DNA from: an uncultured delta proteobacterium
GTDB lineage: Bacteria; Desulfobacterota; Binatia; UBA9968
Assembly: GCA_963728565.1 (NCBI GenBank)
Contig: CAVSLC010000026.1
Coordinates: 1 to 47,053 of the forward strand
Direction: 5' to 3'
DNA length: 47,053 nt
Made by a program: the position numbers and the translations under genes
Shown here: piece after piece, positions 1 through 10,850 of the stretch
Numbering within the stretch: position 1 is the first letter of the stretch
How the letters are laid out: each line of letters opens with the position of its first letter
Notes under the pieces: model-generated
What the model saw: the letters and a program-made list of their open reading frames with translations, nothing else
Database searches by the model: none
What the model was told of the DNA's origin: nothing

Positions 1-116
1 GAGAGAGAGGGACTGGGAATACCGACTCTGACAGTTTGATGTGCTTGCCCGAAGGTATAAGCTGAATTGAAAAGAGCGGCGCTGCCGACGAGGACAAGGA
101 AAAGCAATTTTATCAT
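1..116 (-). CDS. 5' end of a probable ABC substrate-binding protein (runs off the window)
   Basis: Manual translation from ATG at 116: MIKLLFLVLVGSAALFNSAYTFGQAHQTVRVGIPSPSLS. Signal peptide followed by a VRVGIPS start like the neighbouring NMT1/SsuA-type proteins. Confidence 0.6.
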   Translation of the reverse strand, partial: MIKLLFLVLVGSAALFNSAYTFGQAHQTVRVGIPSPSL

Positions 117-240
117 GGCACGGATTTCTATACCGCGCAGATGCTGTGTGTCAAAAGGAGACACGGGGGAAAAAAGTAAGATATAGGCAATAGGTGACGT
201 ACGGAGCCTGATTTACTGATACTCCCGGCAACGCTCACCA

Positions 241-1211
241 ATGATCGCTATGCAAATCCAGATAATTCGAATCTGCATTCGAGCCGTTCTGTTCTCGTCC
301 CTGTCATTTACGTCCGCCTCGGCGGCTGAGCGTGTGGTGATTGCCAGCCTCAGCCCGGGGTCGTTCGAGTTTCCGATCCAGATCTCGACCGTGCGCGGAT
401 TTTTCAGAGATGAAGAGCTCAGAATTGTCAAAGTGCAAATGCAGCCTCAGGTCGCGGTGATGGCGCTCGTTGCCGGCGACGTCGATTATTCTCTCTCGTG
501 GGGATCGGCCCTTCGCGCCGCCATCACCGGAGTGCCGTTGCGAGTAGTCGCAGGCATTGCCGCCCGACCGCTCCACGTCCTTATGGCTCGGCCGGAAATC
601 CAATCTGGTAAAGATCTCAAGGACAAAAGGATCGGCGTCGACTCATTTGCCGGGACGATGGAATACCTCGCCCGCGTGGCGGCCAAACACGACGGGCTCG
701 ATCCTAATCGCGACATCAAGGTGCTCGTAACCGGCTCGTGTCCCAATCGCGTCGCCGCTCTGAAAGGAAACCTCATTGACGCTACACCGATCGACATCGC
801 ATTTGCGGTTAAAGCAGAAGAAGAAGGATTGAAGCGCCTCGTCAACTTAGCCGAGATCGTCGATCTGCCGATCTCCGGCGTCGCGGTGTTAGAAAAGAAA
901 TTGGCCACGGATCGAGCTCAGGCGAAAAAGGTGCTCCGGGCGGTGCTCAGAGGAACTCGGTTCATGAAAGAGAACCGTCAGGAAACCGTCAAGATGATGG
1001 CTGACTTTCTCGGTATTACGCCCGCGCAAGCGGGCCGAGCCTATGACGCTTCAATCCGGTCCTTTACCGATGACGGCATGTCTCCGATAAAGGGCTTGGT
1101 CTTAACCTGGAGCTAACAAGGAACGGCCTCAAGATAACCAAAGATATTCCTCTCAGTCAGGTAGTCGATTGGGGCCTGATGAAAGAATTGAAAAGTGACG
1201 GCAAGTTCTAA
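241..1211 (+). CDS. ABC substrate-binding protein, NMT1/THI5/SsuA-like; 1-nt frameshift near 1081
   Basis: Signal peptide and GFFRDEEL, ALVAGDVD, DLKDKRIGV motifs. After ~1081 the alternative frame reads SDKGLGLNLELTRNGLKITKDIPLSQVVDWGLMKELKSDGKF to TAA at 1209-1211. Confidence 0.8.
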
Positions 1212-1411
<200 letters not shown>

Positions 1412-1505
1412 AGTTTGTCGATGATACCCCATATGTGTGGCTACGGGACTACCAATCACGTAAGCCGTAAGTCCATCGAAGTGCTAAAAATCAGGAGGAT
1501 TAATC

Positions 1506-2348
1506 ATGGGTAGAAGAACGCACATGGCCATGTGCACGAAGAATAACCGGCGATTGGCCCGGTTCTATAGAATCGTTTTTGGCTGGGATGAAGTTTGGAA
1601 CCCGGTGTAAAACAGTCCCTATGCGTATTACATCGGCGACGGCTATTTCAATTTGAATTGTCTGCAGATTCGCCAGGGTGGCGCCCGGGAAAAACAATCT
1701 TCAAACCTTGGCCATAGTCGCGGCGCTGGCGTGGTTGTGGAAGGAAGAGTCATTCTTCCCGAAGTAGGCATCAATCATATCGGTTTTCAGGTCGATGATC
1801 TTGCTGAAGCGAATCGAAAGCTCGCCAGCCTCAAACCGGCCATTACGCCAGTGGCGAGCCCGCCAGACGGGCGTTATGAAGATCAACGATTTTTGGATCC
1901 GGAGGTCAATGACATCGAGCTGAGCCAACGAGTTTGGGATCCAGGACCGGAGAAGAAATCGGCAGCGGCACGCCACGTCGCCTTTGGCGCTGCGGATCCC
2001 GATCGCCTGGCGGAGTTTTACCGATTTGCGCTGGACATGAAGCCCGTAGGAAGGGTCGAAGCCAAAGACACCGGCATGACTGCAGTTTACCTTTCGGATG
2101 GAACGATGAATATGGCGCTGGTTAAGAATTCGCCGATCGCAAAGCGCGGCGTGCAGTTGCTCGGCATTAAAGTTGAGAATATCAAAGAAATTGGCAAACG
2201 CTTGCAGCAATCAGCCGAGTTTCTTTATCCCGGCGAGACTCCTATAGAACTCCGTGAACGTCCGGCGAGCAGCCCGTACAAAGCTGTCTATTTCAAGGAT
2301 CCGGACGGAAACGAAATCGATCTTTCTGAAGAAGGTTGGGATGTATAG
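1506..2348 (+). pseudogene. Two-domain VOC/glyoxalase-family protein with in-frame TAA at 1608-1610
   Basis: AGGAGG RBS before ATG 1506. MGRRTHMAMCTKNNRRLARFY...NPV*NSPYAYYIGDGYFNLN is in frame with ORF 1653-2348, which carries GINHIGFQV, DPEVNDIEL, HVAF and DPDGNEIDL VOC motifs. Confidence 0.75.
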
Positions 2349-2382
2349 TCGCATTCGGAAGAACGGGTGAAAGCAAATTGAC

Positions 2383-3348
2383 ATGAGAAGAATGGCAGCA
2401 GCATTATTAGCGATTTTGTTTCTGACTGGTGCAGGGCGAGCGGCAGCGGCGCCTTTACGGATTTCTTACGCGGCCATTGCGGCAAACATTGCCGGCATCT
2501 GGATGGCGGAAGGAAGCGGGGCGTTTAAGAAGTACGGTTTGGACGTTCAGCTAGTTTATATTCCTTCGAGCGGGACGAATGTTCAGGCTCTGCTTGGCGG
2601 CAGCATAGACGTCATGGTCGCAGGCAGCAGCGGCATCGTGAGCGCCGCAGCGCGCGGCGCGCCACTCGTCGCCATCGCATCGCAAATGAACCGCCCGCCG
2701 GTAACACTTTACGTTCAACCCGACATTACCAAACCTGATCAGTTGAGAAATCAGGTATTAGGCATTACGCGTTACGGCTCGTCGACGCATGCTTTATCCA
2801 CACTGGTGCTCCGAAAATTCGGATTGGAAAAAAGCGTTACGTTGAGACCCTTGGGCGAGACGCCCGCGGTACAAGCGGCGTTCGAGCAGAAGATGATCGC
2901 CGGCATGCTCACGACGGTAAAACCGCGGATAGCCGCTCGGCCCTTAGTTAATGCCGCTGATTTGGACATCCCATATCCGATGAGTATCATCGGAGTGACG
3001 CAAAGCTTTCTTCAAACCAATCGAGAAACCCTGGAACGGCTTCTGCGCGCATACGTCGAAGGTGTCGCGATGATGGTTAACGACAAGGACCGAGCGGTGA
3101 ATATTCTCGCCAAGTACTTGCGTCGATCGGATCCTGCCTTCCTCGATGAAACTTACTCCTTGGTAAAAACCTATACCGAGCGTATTCCGCGCTTCGATTC
3201 GCGGGCGATTCCTGTCTTGTTGGAATTCGATCAAGTGAAAGGCGTTACTGCCGATGCTCTCGCGTCGAGAGTCATCGACAACAGCATTGTTGATCAGCTT
3301 GCTGAAGAGAAATTCTTTGAAAAATTTTTCGGTAAAGAACTTCGCTAG
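2383..3348 (+). CDS. ABC substrate-binding protein, NMT1/THI5/SsuA-like
   Basis: Signal peptide; GAFKKYGLDVQLV, QALLGGSID, LGITRYGSST, IDNSIVDQL. Confidence 0.88.
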   Translation: MRRMAAALLAILFLTGAGRAAAAPLRISYAAIAANIAGIWMAEGSGAFKKYGLDVQLVYIPSSGTNVQALLGGSIDVMVAGSSGIVSAAARGAPLVAIASQMNRPPVTLYVQPDITKPDQLRNQVLGITRYGSSTHALSTLVLRKFGLEKSVTLRPLGETPAVQAAFEQKMIAGMLTTVKPRIAARPLVNAADLDIPYPMSIIGVTQSFLQTNRETLERLLRAYVEGVAMMVNDKDRAVNILAKYLRRSDPAFLDETYSLVKTYTERIPRFDSRAIPVLLEFDQVKGVTADALASRVIDNSIVDQLAEEKFFEKFFGKELR

Positions 3349-3815
3349 AAAGCAAAGGCTTCTCTAGAGTCCTTCCGATACGAACACATAAACAATTGGC
3401 AGCAACTGCCCGAGTAAGAACATAAACATCGCGAGAAGCCCGCCATAAAATAGTGTTGGTAAAATAACTCCTAGTCCGGTTGTGATCATTTGCGGCCTCG
3501 TTCCCTGGTGTAAAACGTTCCTCGTGGATCGAGCCTTCAGCAAGATTCTCGCCACTAAGAAATACCGCATATAAAGACGAAGAATCCTATTTTGAGGCGG
3601 CCACGGCACCACCCCGTTCCAAACGTGAGACGGTCGAACCACCAGTGAAACACTGCGCGCTGGCTTTCATCCGGCGCGGCGTAACTATTTTGCTAACGTT
3701 GGCTTACAAGTATCAGTGACATTTAACTCCCGCTGCATGATTTCGTCCTCGTCTTATGCTTGGGACGTTTATTCGTTTGCGGTCTTCGCGATCTTACATT
3801 TTTAAGAGCTTCAGC

Positions 3816-3831
3816 TGGCATGAGTTTGGCT
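3816..3831 (+). promoter_or_regulatory. Possible sigma54 -24/-12 promoter
   Basis: TGGCATGAGTTTGGCT fits GG-N10-GC about 100 bp upstream of the collagen-like gene, with mismatches to TGGCACG-N4-TTGC. Confidence 0.25.
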
Positions 3832-3931
3832 GTGACTTGCTACATGACCTTTGCAGCTGCCTTATACCACCCGGGCAGTTGCAACTGTTGTTTGCAGCAA
3901 TGATATTGCGAGAACAAAGAGGAGGTGAGCA

Positions 3932-4321
3932 ATGAAAAAATATCTAATGGTGGTTCTGTCTCTAGTCGTTATATCTGCGTCGGGGGCTAGCTATGTGTCA
4001 GCCCAGGATTCCCAGCGTAAGAATGAGGGAGCGAAAGTAGAAGGTCGCGCGGGTGATACAAACTTCGACGTGCGAATCCAAGGAGACAAAGAAAATCGGA
4101 GCCGTGTTCCACAGCCTGGCGAAGGTGAGAGAGGATCACCGGGTCCGCAGGGCCCTGCCGGCGCGCCTGGTCCTCAAGGACCCTCCGGGCCTGCCGGTTC
4201 ATCTAGCAGCGGATTCCTCGGGATGGACTCGACCGTTGCGCTCTTCGTCGGCTTGGGTGTGTTTGCAATCGTTGTTATTGCTATTGTAGCTGCGTCCCGG
4301 AACGGAAGTCGTCAGGTGTGA
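3932..4321 (+). CDS. Small exported, membrane-anchored protein with a short collagen-like (Gly-X-Y) segment
   Basis: GGAGGT RBS, signal peptide, GERGSPGPQGPAGAPGPQGPSGPAGS, C-terminal TM helix followed by basic residues. Confidence 0.8.
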   Translation: MKKYLMVVLSLVVISASGASYVSAQDSQRKNEGAKVEGRAGDTNFDVRIQGDKENRSRVPQPGEGERGSPGPQGPAGAPGPQGPSGPAGSSSSGFLGMDSTVALFVGLGVFAIVVIAIVAASRNGSRQV

Positions 4322-4340
4322 TTCTGCGCGATTCACGGTT

Positions 4341-4370
4341 TGACGGGTCTCGTTGTATCGAGATCCGTCA
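4341..4370. terminator. Hairpin between convergent genes, probable terminator
   Basis: TGACGGGTCTCG-TTGTAT-CGAGATCCGTCA inverted repeat. Confidence 0.55.
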
Positions 4371-4396
4371 AACTTGAGTTGGTCATTGTTATTCGC

Positions 4397-5775
4397 TTAT
4401 TCGTCGACGTCCATTTTCGAATCAAAACAGCTAGAATCTGGACAGTTCCTGGTCGCGTCTCCTGAAATGAGCCTTTCATAATGCCGACGCAAGACGGCTC
4501 CGGTGGCGGGGTCGCCCATTATGTCGTTAGAATCGGCGACGATTTCCATCACCTGAAATCCATCTTCAGCAAGATCTTTGTAGCCGCGAAAGTAAGCGTC
4601 TCTAAAGCCGAGGATGTGACCTAACTCGTGCGCCAAAACACCTCTGGTAATATCGTGTGGGCCCAGGATGATCGCTCGCCCATCTACATGTGTCGTTCTC
4701 GCGCCGGTTGTAAGGATCGCCCCGTCTACGGGAAAATGATCCACATGCTTTCGGATATTCATGCGCTCCCCGTTCTGCGGTGTCTTATCGGTTCCGTAAA
4801 GATGTTCAGGAGAGACATAGGAAAAATGGAGCTGCACGCGAAAATCGTCTTCGCCGCTGCGCAGGTGCCAAGTATCTTCCATCGCTCTCTTGGCGGATTG
4901 CACAAACGCGTTATCTTGTATATCCGTGTAAAACGGTACGTGAATGATCCAATTGCTAATTTGCTGCTCGAAGCGAACAAGTCCCGGCGTATCATAAAAA
5001 AGATCTCTAGCGGCATCGATCTCGCGCGCCAGCCTATTTTCCTCTCGATTAAACCGCTGCTGAATTCGTTTAAACTCGTCATAACCACCTGAGAGATTGT
5101 TCCGTGCGCGCTCGTTAGGGCAGCAGCGTACCGAGCATTGAAAACTTCGAGAACCTCCTGACGCTTCAGCACCCGATCATGAAGCACGCTCTCCCTTTCG
5201 TATTTTGATCGATTCGCAGCGATCGCTCCTTGCCATAGCCGATTGTACTGGATATGCGCATCGATATTTTGCTGCTGCTCGCGGGTCTGCCGGTATCGCA
5301 CTGCAAGCTGTTGGTAAGCCATCTGCCGCATTTTTGGCTCAAGCGATGAGGCGCGCTTCAAAGCGCGCGCGGATCGGCCCACCTCACTCGCTGCTCTATC
5401 GATCAAATGATCCGTCCAAGGCCAACTGTACTGCGCTGATCGCGCGCGCGGGGGTTGCGCCAATGGCGCTGGGTCGGCAACGATGTTCGGTAGAATCTGA
5501 TAGCCGTGCTGCAACGGATTAGGTGGCTCGACAATTGGAAGCAGCTCAGGAGCCCCGCTCTGTAAAGCATCCACAAGCGATTCGTAATAAGCGTGGAGAC
5601 GTTTGGTATAATCATCGTAATGCTCCTGAACTCCGTCGCCGCGCTGCACGTGGACTGGAACGTGGGGCGCACCAGGAGCCTGCCGCGCTTCAAAACCAGA
5701 AGGTTTGAGCGCCACAAAACAAACTGATGACAAAAAAACCGCCAGAGTCGCCGAAGCCAGGTTTAGAGCTGCCAT
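4397..5775 (-). CDS. Exported zinc metalloprotease-like protein (HExxHxxGxxD), frameshifted near 5041
   Basis: N-terminal hydrophobic segment. Restoring one base at ~5041 joins ORF 4759-5775 to ORF 4397-4903 via ENRLAREIDAA...VPFYTDIQD. Contains HELGHILGFRD and a downstream DIMGD Met-turn-like motif. Confidence 0.65.
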
Positions 5776-6053
5776 AAAATAGCCGGTACATTACCTTGCA
5801 AGCTCTTCTACAGCAAGAATGTGTGATCGAAATAATGCGTTAGGCCTGAAGCGAGCGAGCACCGACCTGACTCATTATTACGGAACCTAAATAGAGGGAC
5901 TCGTCGCCGCGTTCATACCGCCGTAGCGCCGGAGCACTAAGACGGTTGCGAAACTCATCTGTCGCATACGCTAATTATACTGGATGTGTTGGTTCGGGGT
6001 TCGCATAAGAGACAAAGTCACTACCTAATCCGCGTCGTCGTTGCTGGAGGTAA

Positions 6054-6404
6054 CTAGCGCAACTTGTTTTTGCACTTAATCGCGTTGATCGCGGCGCGAC
6101 AACGTTGATCCGGTGGCGCCCAGTCACTGGGCAAGCCTTTGGCGCGGGAAGCTTTTGCAAGCTCTTTAAGATACTGCTTCAACAAACCCAACTCGTCCAT
6201 CCGCTGTTCGAGATCGTCGGCATAGGTAGGATCGGTCGAGTAATCCGGAACTCGGGCCGAGCGCCACCGGCCGCCTTTGTCCTTTCTTTTGCCCCAAGGT
6301 TGGTGTTCCCGACGCTCGATATCTTTCCAACCAAACACCCGCTCGGCCGTCAAAGCATCGAGCTCGTGGCCTGCCGGTAGTTTGTCAACGTTTAATTGCG
6401 CCAT
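6054..6404 (-). CDS. BC1872-like / phage ABA-sandwich domain protein
   Basis: AGHELDALTAERVFGW, VPDYSTD and CRAA motifs as recalled for this family. Confidence 0.6.
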   Translation of the reverse strand: MAQLNVDKLPAGHELDALTAERVFGWKDIERREHQPWGKRKDKGGRWRSARVPDYSTDPTYADDLEQRMDELGLLKQYLKELAKASRAKGLPSDWAPPDQRCRAAINAIKCKNKLR

Positions 6405-6571
6405 GTCTCTGTTCAATCACAAAATCGTCCAACCTCGCAAAGCCAGCCGTTGCCCGGCTCCAGATCAGTCAGATTCCTTATAGACTCGCATATCTGGTTG
6501 GGAGGCGCTTGTGAACGACTGATTGCATCGATCCGGTTGTCACGGCAGTCGATTTGTTACACAAAAGAGAA

Positions 6572-7624
6572 ATGCGTTGTAATCGGCATCAAGCCGCTTT
6601 TGTTTTAAGTTTGCTCCTGGGTCTAGCTGCTTGCGGCCGGGTGAGTACGGAACAGTCAGTCTCCGACCAGCCTGCGCATCATGTGGACGGCGGCTTTCGT
6701 AATACCAGTGCTGATTTCCAACGGCCGTCGAGCTTGACCCGCTGGCGTTTTATGGCGCGTCGTTTATGGGCGAGTTACACGTCACCGCGGGCTTTCGAGG
6801 CTCCCCGAGTGGCTAACGACGGCAAGGCCCTTCAAGCCGGCTTGATCAACCCGAGCATCACCTGGGTCGGCCATGCGACTCTGCTAGTCCAGATGAACGG
6901 CGTCAATGCGCTCACCGACCCGCAGTGGAGCGAACGCGCAAGCCCGGTCTCATGGGGCGGGCCGCCGCGCTTGAGCGCGCCTGGCTTAGCTTTCGAGGAC
7001 CTGCCGCCGATTCATGTTGTGATCATATCGCACGATCATTACGATCATCTGGACTTGACCACGGTGAAACGACTTGCCGATACCCACAATCCGCTTTTTC
7101 TAGTCCCTTTGGGTATGAAAGCATGGTTTGCGAAAAACGGCATGAACCACGTCGAGGAACTCGATTGGTGGCAGGAGCGCGAGTATCGAGGCGTCAAGTT
7201 CGTTTGCTTACCGGCGCAGCATTTCTCACAACGAACCTTATGGGACGGTAATGAGCGACTGTGGGCATCATGGGCGATGTTGAGCCGTGAGCGGCGACTG
7301 TATTTCAGCGGTGATACCGGCTATTTCGACGGCTTCAAGGAGATCGGCCGGAAGCTTGGTCCATTCGATCTGGCAGCGGTCGCAATCGGCGCGTATGTTC
7401 CGCCGGAGATTATGAAAAGCGTCCACACCACGCCGGAGGAAGCGGTACAAACGTCCATCGATCTGAACGCGCGTATTCTGCTGGGAATTCACTGGGGGAC
7501 ATTCGATTTAGCCGAAGAGCCGCTTGAGGAGCCGCCTGGGCGAATGCTCGCCGAAGTCCGTCGCCGCGGCATCGACAGGGACCAGGCCTGGATCTTTAAC
7601 ATCGGCGAAACACGGAAATGGTAG
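6572..7624 (+). CDS. MBL-fold metallo-hydrolase, NAPE-PLD/RomA-like, probable lipoprotein
   Basis: LAAC lipobox; TWVGHAT, LTDPQWSER, SHDHYDHLD, PAQHFS, FSGDTGY, IHWGTF. Confidence 0.9.
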   Translation: MRCNRHQAAFVLSLLLGLAACGRVSTEQSVSDQPAHHVDGGFRNTSADFQRPSSLTRWRFMARRLWASYTSPRAFEAPRVANDGKALQAGLINPSITWVGHATLLVQMNGVNALTDPQWSERASPVSWGGPPRLSAPGLAFEDLPPIHVVIISHDHYDHLDLTTVKRLADTHNPLFLVPLGMKAWFAKNGMNHVEELDWWQEREYRGVKFVCLPAQHFSQRTLWDGNERLWASWAMLSRERRLYFSGDTGYFDGFKEIGRKLGPFDLAAVAIGAYVPPEIMKSVHTTPEEAVQTSIDLNARILLGIHWGTFDLAEEPLEEPPGRMLAEVRRRGIDRDQAWIFNIGETRKW

Positions 7625-7727
7625 ACTAACAATGCTAGAGACAATTCAGGCCAGCTTCGGTGTGTGTTAGGCTTGCCATTGCGCCGAGGATGCGCGTTAG
7701 CCCTTCAATTTTCTTGATCTTGCGAAC

Positions 7728-8576
7728 TCACCGTCCACTTTCCGAGAGTACTACTATCTCAACCGGCTGGGGCAACTCCGTTTTGGAAACTTTGAGAATC
7801 GGGCCGGGCGAATGTTTAACCCGCGGAAAGCCGCTAATGAAGCGGTCGGCGGCTCCCTGCCACCAGTAATGCTCCGGAATTGCGATTCGCGGATTGACCT
7901 GTTTGGTCACTTCAATCGCTTCGCTGGGCGTCACAGTAAACATGCCGCCCGCCACCGGCACGAGCAGCACATCTATTTTTCCCAATAGCTTAAGCTGCGG
8001 CGGCGTCAGCAGGTGACCGAGATCGCCTAGATGAGCGATGCAAATGTCATCGACGCGAAAAACGAAGATGGCGTTTTTGCCGCGTTGCAGGCCCTGGCTC
8101 TTGTCGTGATAGGCGGGAACCGAGTAAACCGAAACGTCACGGATAGTCTCATGCACCGGATTCCAGTTTTCTCCGGTGGGGGTGAGGCCCTGGAAGATTA
8201 TAGGGTTGCCTTTGGCCATATAGATATTGTTGTGCGCGCCATGTTGATGACTGGTGGTGACAACATGTTGATCGAGGGTTGGCCAGCGCAAATCACTGCG
8301 CGAATGCGGATCGGCAAGAATGCGGGTGCCTTTGCTCGAGGTAATCTGAAATGTCGAATGCCCGAACCATTCGATTTCAACCGGCCGGGAGTGGGTGGCC
8401 GCCACTCTGACGATGGGCCTCCGGACCACCTCCATTTCATGGCAGAAAGCCAGGACAGCTTGCGGTAACGCTACCGTCGCCGCGATGAAGAGCAAAACAA
8501 ACTCAATCAACTGCGCTGTAGAAATCGCTCTCCTGGTGTTCTTCGGGTAACGCTTATCCGGGTTATGCTGAGACAT
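7728..8576 (-). CDS. MBL-fold metallo-hydrolase (Lactamase_B_3-like), exported
   Basis: WFGHSTF, ADPH, SHQHGAH, AYHD, HLGDLGH, IPEHY; N-terminal signal/TM segment. Confidence 0.85.
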   Translation of the reverse strand: MSQHNPDKRYPKNTRRAISTAQLIEFVLLFIAATVALPQAVLAFCHEMEVVRRPIVRVAATHSRPVEIEWFGHSTFQITSSKGTRILADPHSRSDLRWPTLDQHVVTTSHQHGAHNNIYMAKGNPIIFQGLTPTGENWNPVHETIRDVSVYSVPAYHDKSQGLQRGKNAIFVFRVDDICIAHLGDLGHLLTPPQLKLLGKIDVLLVPVAGGMFTVTPSEAIEVTKQVNPRIAIPEHYWWQGAADRFISGFPRVKHSPGPILKVSKTELPQPVEIVVLSESGR

Positions 8577-8591
8577 TGCGCAGTTATGAGC

Positions 8592-10848
8592 CTATAGCAG
8601 ACCCCATTTCCGTCGCATCCACCATTCGACGCAAAGCAGCAGCAGGATCGGCAAGAAAGTCCACAGTGTACTCCAAAGCTGCGTCTGGCGGCGCTCAACG
8701 ATTTGCGATGGCGCGTGCTGCTCAAGCTTTGCCGCTATTTGCTCAAGAGCCTTTTCATTCCAATCAGCAATCGGAAAGTAAAATCCCTGACTAGATTCGG
8801 CGATCGCCTGGAGGAGCTCGGTCCGTGGCCTGCCATCGTCGGTTTCACCGTAGGGAAACGCTGCGGAGAAACTCGAGCGGTCTTTCCCGAGAGGGTTGCC
8901 GCCGAGGTTAGCCTCTGCTTCCACTCGGTAAGAGCCTTCTCGTGTGGGGGTGTATTCGCCGGTATATTCGCCTTCGGCGCTGTCAGCTTTGGCTGTGATC
9001 AAGCTGGGCTCGCCATCAGGTCCGAACACGCGCACCTGCACCGCTGCCTGGCGGGTCGGGGTGAAATCATCCTTTAAGACGCGCAGCTTGATAGCTAGTT
9101 TTTCTCCCGGCCGAGCCAACGGAATAGGTTGTATCTTTACCTGCTCGAAGGAAGGTTCTTGAGCCAGCCAACGGACCGACTGGCGAATCAGCTTGAGATG
9201 ATTCTGCGGCGACTCTCGATTGCCGACCGCGATGAAGTTCCAGCGCCACACATCATCGCTCATCAGCGCTAACGTCCGCCCTTTGCCGAAGCGGCCGACT
9301 GTCAGCAAGGGCGCTCCTTTAGCCGCGCTATCGCCGCCGGCAACCAGCAGGGTTTGACCGCGCGCGGCGCGCACCTGGTTGATCGAGGTAAGCGGCGGTA
9401 TCTTGGCCCATGCGCTTTCATTAGCGCGTGGATCGGGGAACAGGCGCGTAATCGGATGGGCTTTTCCCGAAGCGGTTAACGCCGGCGGAACGCTGCTGTC
9501 ATTGCGATAGGTTCCCTTGCCGTCCATTTCGACGGGGAGCACTTCCTTGAGCGCGCTTTCGCCGTAACCGCCGCTGTCGAACGAGCGCACGCCGCCGAGC
9601 ATCGCCAGGCCGCCGCCGTCGCGCACGAAGTCTTTTACTTTGTCCAGGTAGACAGGATTGAAATAAGCGCGATGAGAGAAGTCGTCGAAATAGACCACGT
9701 CGAAGTTCTTCAGTTCCTCGAGAAATATGTCGTCGATGGGAAAGGGGATCAAGCTCAGCCGCGAGTCAGGCACATCGACGCTATCGGTCGGTGTGCGCAA
9801 AAAGACAAAGGACACCAGTTCAATCAGCGGGTCCTGCTTCATCGCCATGCGCAGAAAACGATAGTTCCAGGCCGGCGAGCCGGATAAAGTGAGGACGCGA
9901 ATCTTGTCGCGCTGAACATCGACCTTGAAGTCCTTATGATTGTTCTGGCTGATTTGCTCGCCGGGCTGGGCCGGGATGTTCAATGAAAAATGATGCGGGC
10001 CGATATCCTTGGGAGTGAAGCTCAATGTGATCTTGCGCGTGAAATCGTCGTCATCGATGCTGACGGTGCGGCTGGTGATCAGGCCGCTGCCGCGATTGAA
10101 ATAAAGCGGTACGGTCTTACCTTTCATCCCGGATGCCCGCACGGTGAGGTCGAACTTGAATTCACGCCCGCGAAACGCGAACTCAGGAGTTCGGAGGTCG
10201 GTCACGCGCACGTCGGTGAAGCCCTCGGTGTCTCCGGCGCCGACGGTAAACACCGGCACCGGCAACGCGCTGCTTCCTTCCAAGCTTTGCCTATCGCCAT
10301 TGGCGATACCGTCGCTGAAAATCACTATTCCGGACTGCGAGACCGGCCTCCTTGGCGGCGGTTTGCAGCAGCTCCAGCAACTGGGTTCCCTGGTCTTGCG
10401 CTTTGAGCTGCGCCACCGATTCCGGCGCAATCGGTTCCAGGCTCGTGCCGAACCGGTAAATTCTTAAATCGTACTGGCGGCTAAGTTTCTGAATGAGAGG
10501 TTCTTCTCCCTCGGTCAATTTTTGTTTGACCAGATCGAGACGGGTCGGCGCCTTTTCCGGAGCGCCTCGGGGGTTGGCGGGAAATGTCATGCTCTGAGAA
10601 TCGTCAATCAGTAATGTGAGCGGTCGCCGCAGTTGCCTGACCTGCTTCTCCACCAACGCCGGACTCAACAGAAAGAAAATCAGCAAACCATAAACACAGG
10701 CGCGCACAGAGACCAAAAAAATGCTCTGCCCGATGCTCAGGCGCCGTCGCAGGCTGAGAAACTGCTGGACCAGTAAAGCGATGCTGACGGCAACAACCAG
10801 CGCAACCAGCCACCACGGCACACTGCTTGTGAGATAGAGATCCTTCAT
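8592..10848 (-). CDS. Membrane protein with vWA-like and GATase1-like (DUF1355-type) domains; frameshift near 10341
   Basis: MKDLYLTSS start with two TM helices and LIDDSQSM. After the frameshift: VIFSDG, LKNFDVV, FVRDGGGLAMLGG, FGKGRTLALMSDDVWRW and C-terminal EWWMRRKWGLL. Confidence 0.8.
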
Positions 10849-10850
10849 CG

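Noticed and set aside
3364-3642. 92-aa minus-strand ORF with a hydrophobic C-terminus
   Set aside because: No RBS or family motif recognised; possibly a gene remnant but unsupported.
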